From Nitrospinota bacterium (lineage in GTDB: Bacteria > UBA8248): a stretch of 12,571 nt of DNA. Numbering within the stretch: the stretch's first letter is position 1; each line of letters begins with the position of its first letter. The stretch is from the NCBI GenBank assembly GCA_046581755.1, contig JAYGFR010000188.1, positions 1 through 12,571 of the forward strand. Direction: 5' to 3'. Below the pieces are notes generated by a model. That model searched no databases. It saw only the letters and a list, made by a program, of their open reading frames with translations, and had not been told where the DNA came from. Made by a program: the position numbers and the translations under genes. Below, in pieces: positions 9,482 to 12,571 of this stretch.

Positions 9482-10297
9482 ATGTCAACGCTCAGCGCGG
9501 AGAGCGGCGGGAAGATCGAGATTTACTACGAGGAGGAGGGATCGGGCGGTTCGCTGGTGATGGTGGGCGGCTTTACGTCGACGGTCGAGGTGTGGGGAAA
9601 GCTCAGGCCGCTTCTCGCCGAAAAGCACCGGGTCGTCATGGCCGACAACCGGGGGAGCGGGCGCACCCGCGTTTTGGAGGACGACGGGGACCGCGCGCCG
9701 GGGCGCTTCGCGATGGACCTTCTCGCGCTGATGGACGGGCTCGGAATCGAGCGGGCCCATATCCTGGGGGCGTCCATGGGCGGGATGATCGCCCAGGAGT
9801 TCGCCCTCCGGCATCCGGCGCGCACCCGGAGCCTGACGATCGCGGGCTCCCATTTCGGCGGGGCGGACAAGGTGGACGCGGCCCCGGGCCTCCGCGAGAT
9901 CAGGCGGCGGGGCGGCTCGCCCGGCGCCACGGACGAGGAGCGGCGCGCGGCGCTCGAAACGATTTTCCATCCGGACATCATCCGGGACCGCCCCGAGATC
10001 GTCGAATTCTATGACCGGAACAAGCGGGCGTTTCCGCACAGCAAAGAAGAGCTCGAAGCGCGGACGCGGGGGATAGAGGCGTTCGACCTGTCCGACCGGG
10101 TGGGCTCGCTCGAAATGCCCGTCCTGGTCATCGCCGGATCGCACGATGTCCTCGTTCCCACCGAAAATTCCCGCCTCCTCGCCGGGCGCATCCCGGGCGC
10201 GGAACTCTTTATCGTCGAGGGCACCGGCCATCATTTTTACTCCGAGCGGCCAGAGGCCTCGGCCCGCGCCATCCTCGATTTTCTCTCAAAGCACTAA
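9482..10297 (+). CDS. Alpha/beta-fold hydrolase (Ser-Asp-His triad)
   Basis: DNRGSG, nucleophile elbow GASMGG, GSHDVL (Asp) and GTGHHF (His). AGGAG RBS at 9469-9473; intact, 271 aa. Confidence 0.93.
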   Translation: MSTLSAESGGKIEIYYEEEGSGGSLVMVGGFTSTVEVWGKLRPLLAEKHRVVMADNRGSGRTRVLEDDGDRAPGRFAMDLLALMDGLGIERAHILGASMGGMIAQEFALRHPARTRSLTIAGSHFGGADKVDAAPGLREIRRRGGSPGATDEERRAALETIFHPDIIRDRPEIVEFYDRNKRAFPHSKEELEARTRGIEAFDLSDRVGSLEMPVLVIAGSHDVLVPTENSRLLAGRIPGAELFIVEGTGHHFYSERPEASARAILDFLSKH

Positions 10298-10343
10298 CGG
10301 ATTTTCTTGCGAAGCGCTAACGGGTTTCTAGCGAAGCGCCAAC
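10277..10343 (+). repeat. Three imperfect 22-bp tandem repeats overlapping the hydrolase 3' end
   Basis: GATTTTCTCTCAAAGCACTAAC (10277-10298), GATTTTCTTGCGAAGCGCTAAC (10300-10321) and GGGTTTCTAGCGAAGCGCCAAC (10322-10343). Confidence 0.85.
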
Positions 10344-10468
10344 GCATTGGCGAGGCCGGTTTGCGGGTCTTCGCCGGGAATTCGCCCATCCTCCATCGCG
10401 CTCGGGTGGAATAAATCCGGCGTAATAATGCTTAATCGCCCATTAAATATTGCCGGTAACGCTAATTA

Positions 10469-10498
10469 GGGGAGGATCTTCGGGGCTCCCCGTTTATT
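10469..10498 (+). terminator. Probable intrinsic terminator
   Basis: GGGGAG...C-TTCG-G...CTCCCC hairpin with a cUUCGg tetraloop, followed by GTTTATT. Confidence 0.45.
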
Positions 10499-10564
10499 CA
10501 AATGGGGCTCAAATGGTTTATCCAGGTTAACGCGAACTTTTTGTAACTTTGAACTGCACGGGTA

Positions 10565-10694
10565 CCCATGCGACTGTTCGGGATTCAGGAGCGGCGGACA
10601 GGGAGCCAGGCTGCCCCACGGTCTCCCACGACCCAGGTCACGACGGTCTCCCGTCCGCGCCACCTCCCCATGGGGAGGTGGCATCCATTATCCT
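10565..10694 (-). ncRNA. Structured non-coding element, candidate orphan IS110-family non-coding end (bridge-RNA-like)
   Basis: On the minus strand: GATAAT (-10-like, 10687-10692), a perfect 24-bp palindrome (10659-10682), then a GCGGAC-GGGAG / CTCCC-T-GTCCGC stem enclosing a loop region with a GACC/GGTC hairpin. The structure is seen directly; the IS110 assignment is recalled resemblance, not a search result. Confidence 0.45.
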
Positions 10695-10909
10695 ATCAGG
10701 CTGACAAGGAAGAGATCATATGGGATAGATACGAGGTCACAGGGATTTTTTTCAAATTCGAGGGCTTATTTCCCCTAAATCCACCGGATTCGCCCGAAGT
10801 TAAAGGGTTTCATGGATTTCACACCGAAAATCGAACAGGGAATAACAGGAAATTATCAGAGATTTTGATCTCTGACCTGCGAACCTCAGGGTCCGATTAA
10901 ATTTTCGGA

Positions 10910-11062
10910 CAGGACGGGGTCACCTACTTCGTCCGGCTTCGCGCCAATGCGAAGCTCTATGAGGAAGTATCGCCTCATATGGCACGCCCGGTGGGGCGCC
11001 CGCCCAGGAGTGGGCGTCAGGTCAAGGTGGTCGATTTCCATTACCTTCAAGGCGAGTCTTGG
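10910..11062 (+). pseudogene. Internal fragment of a second, divergent IS1380-family transposase
   Basis: QDGVTYFVRLRANAKLYEEVSPHMARPVGRPPRSGRQVKVVDFHYLQGESW aligns with AEGFSYPIRLPANQNPQEAIGHMLTRPMGRPPLKPQVFYASFRYRAKNW of the transposase at 7847-9132. Confidence 0.8.
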
Positions 11063-11129
11063 CATTCCCTAACGAATTCACCTAGTCATCCATTTTATGG
11101 AGGATTGAATATTTGTGGAGCACAGCCCC

Positions 11130-12008
11130 TCACTTCCCCCAGACGACCAAAAACACCCCGACGACCGAGAGCAGCCCTCCATACACGACCCGAGCGGTGA
11201 CTCTTTCCAGTTTTCTGTAAAACAGCCAAGAAGTGAAAATCATCAGGAGAACCGAAATCCGGGAGATGGGGACAACCTGCAGGAGATTCCCGTGCTGAAT
11301 GGCTGTCCAGAAGAACAGGGCGGCCAAGGCGTTGAACAGCGCCCCTACCACGATGAAGAATAGGGGCCGGCGTCCCCAAGTTTTGGGCATCCCCTCGTGC
11401 GTAAAAGGCATAATGACGATCATCGTCATGACCGAGACTGTGTTGGAAATGCTCATGCCGAGCGGTGCCGAATCAATCCAGGCATAACCGTATTTGCGAA
11501 ACAGGTGAGAAAGTCCCATAAAAAGCGCCGCCGCCACCGGGATAAGGTAGTAGGCGAAAGGAATCTTCTTGCGGACCGACTCTCCCTTGTGGACCAGGAA
11601 AATGGAGCCGATCATGATCGCCGCTGTTCCCGCGCCAATCGCCAGGTTCAGGCGCTCGCCCAGCAGGGTGATGGCCAGCCCCGTCGACCAGATGATACTC
11701 GTCTGCAGTATAATCGCTGTCCGGGCGAGGCCGAGCTCTTTCATCGAGAAAAAATGGAGATAGCGCCCGCCCACGCCCCCTAGCACTCCGATAATCATGA
11801 ACCAGGCGACGCCCTGAAGAGGCCAGCTCTCCACCCTTCCCGCATAAAAGTAATAGCTCCAGATGAGCATGAGCGAAATCGAGCCCGAGACCAGCGCGGT
11901 CGTCCCGGCGCCGAGGCGAATCAGCACGCTCCGGTAGAGGGTTCGGGCTATCGAGATACTGAGCGCGGACAATAGCGCCAACAGGGTAGGATGAAGCGTA
12001 TCGAGCAA
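11130..12008 (-). CDS. EamA/DMT-family transporter (intact)
   Basis: 292 aa with about 10 hydrophobic segments in two repeats, LLGERL and YRKLERVT loop motifs, and a TTG start. Confidence 0.9.
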   Translation of the reverse strand: MLDTLHPTLLALLSALSISIARTLYRSVLIRLGAGTTALVSGSISLMLIWSYYFYAGRVESWPLQGVAWFMIIGVLGGVGGRYLHFFSMKELGLARTAIILQTSIIWSTGLAITLLGERLNLAIGAGTAAIMIGSIFLVHKGESVRKKIPFAYYLIPVAAALFMGLSHLFRKYGYAWIDSAPLGMSISNTVSVMTMIVIMPFTHEGMPKTWGRRPLFFIVVGALFNALAALFFWTAIQHGNLLQVVPISRISVLLMIFTSWLFYRKLERVTARVVYGGLLSVVGVFLVVWGK

Positions 12009-12119
12009 AACGCCACCAGTGAGGAGGGAAACTAAAGATCGATTGTCTCACGGAATTCGGTAGCGAGCGACTGTCGAACTGTACTCCCAAAAGGCTGCCT
12101 GTCCATGGCGAATTTCTAA

Positions 12120-12290
12120 TCATGCAATGTGGGGACCGAAGCAAGAGAGGCAGATAATCCTTTTCCCGTAACCACCCCACAGGTTCGCAATGTTCTCATG
12201 GTTGGCTCGCATATCTCCGTGTTGCTCTGCTCTGTCGCTGGAGATAAGGCGGCCGGTGTCGGCAAGAATCTCGCCGCATACTTCGTTCAT
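12120..12290 (-). pseudogene. Phage-type DUF6378-like protein, probably truncated
   Basis: An AGGAG RBS precedes ATG 12290: MNEVCGEILADTGRLISSDRAEQHGDMRANHENIANLWGGY... This fits the recalled DUF6378 pattern IL..A..LI..DR...(Y/H)G....N...IA.LW..Y. Similarity ends near 12168. At 56 aa it is absent from the ORF track. Confidence 0.65.
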
Positions 12291-12571
12291 TCTTTTCTCC
12301 TAGATAGGGACCGAACGAAGGGGGCAGATCTTTGCAACGTCCATCTCGACGGTCAAAGCGTAGTGCTCAAGTAGGGACTCTGGTGGTGGTGGATTGGGAA
12401 GATGCCGAGATATGTGCGGGTGGCACTCAGCCGCCGCTGCAAAGCACTGGAGGCCACCTATCGTTCGCTCTGTTGGTGTGGTGATTGAATCCTCGAAAGA
12501 CAAAGTGGTGCTGGCTGGGGATTATTCAGCTCCTGGCGATGAACTGAACCGCCTCACGCGCATTCCCACTT

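Noticed and set aside
9485..10234. 249-aa ORF antisense to the alpha/beta hydrolase
   Set aside because: Shadow ORF mirroring the real gene.
10277..10343. Possible mini-CRISPR array
   Set aside because: The units are directly adjacent with no spacers, overlap a coding end, and there are no cas genes.
10565..10694. Possible riboswitch (cobalamin, c-di-GMP, SAM)
   Set aside because: The conserved core motifs of these families were not found, and no gene lies immediately downstream on either strand.

Overview
GC-rich bacterial accessory region with signs of gene decay. The + strand starts with the 3' end of a probable Asp/Glu-racemase/maleate-isomerase-family gene. Three disrupted genes follow: an EamA/DMT transporter, a dienelactone hydrolase and an atypical receiver-TPR protein. 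Next come an intact orphan lsrF convergent with an intact class II aldolase/SDR fusion, a signal-peptide-bearing MBL-fold hydrolase truncated by foreign DNA, and a degenerate IS1380-family element. The right part holds an intact alpha/beta hydrolase whose last codons are triplicated, a structured non-coding segment resembling an orphan IS110-type end, a second IS1380 transposase fragment, an intact EamA paralog and a phage-like DUF6378 fragment. No CRISPR array, tRNA or rRNA was seen. The two best leads are hypotheses only: (i) an AI-2-independent role for LsrF with the aldolase/SDR fusion in 5-deoxypentulose-phosphate catabolism, and (ii) a transposase-less, bridge-RNA-like element. Family assignments come from motif recognition by eye; no searches were run.
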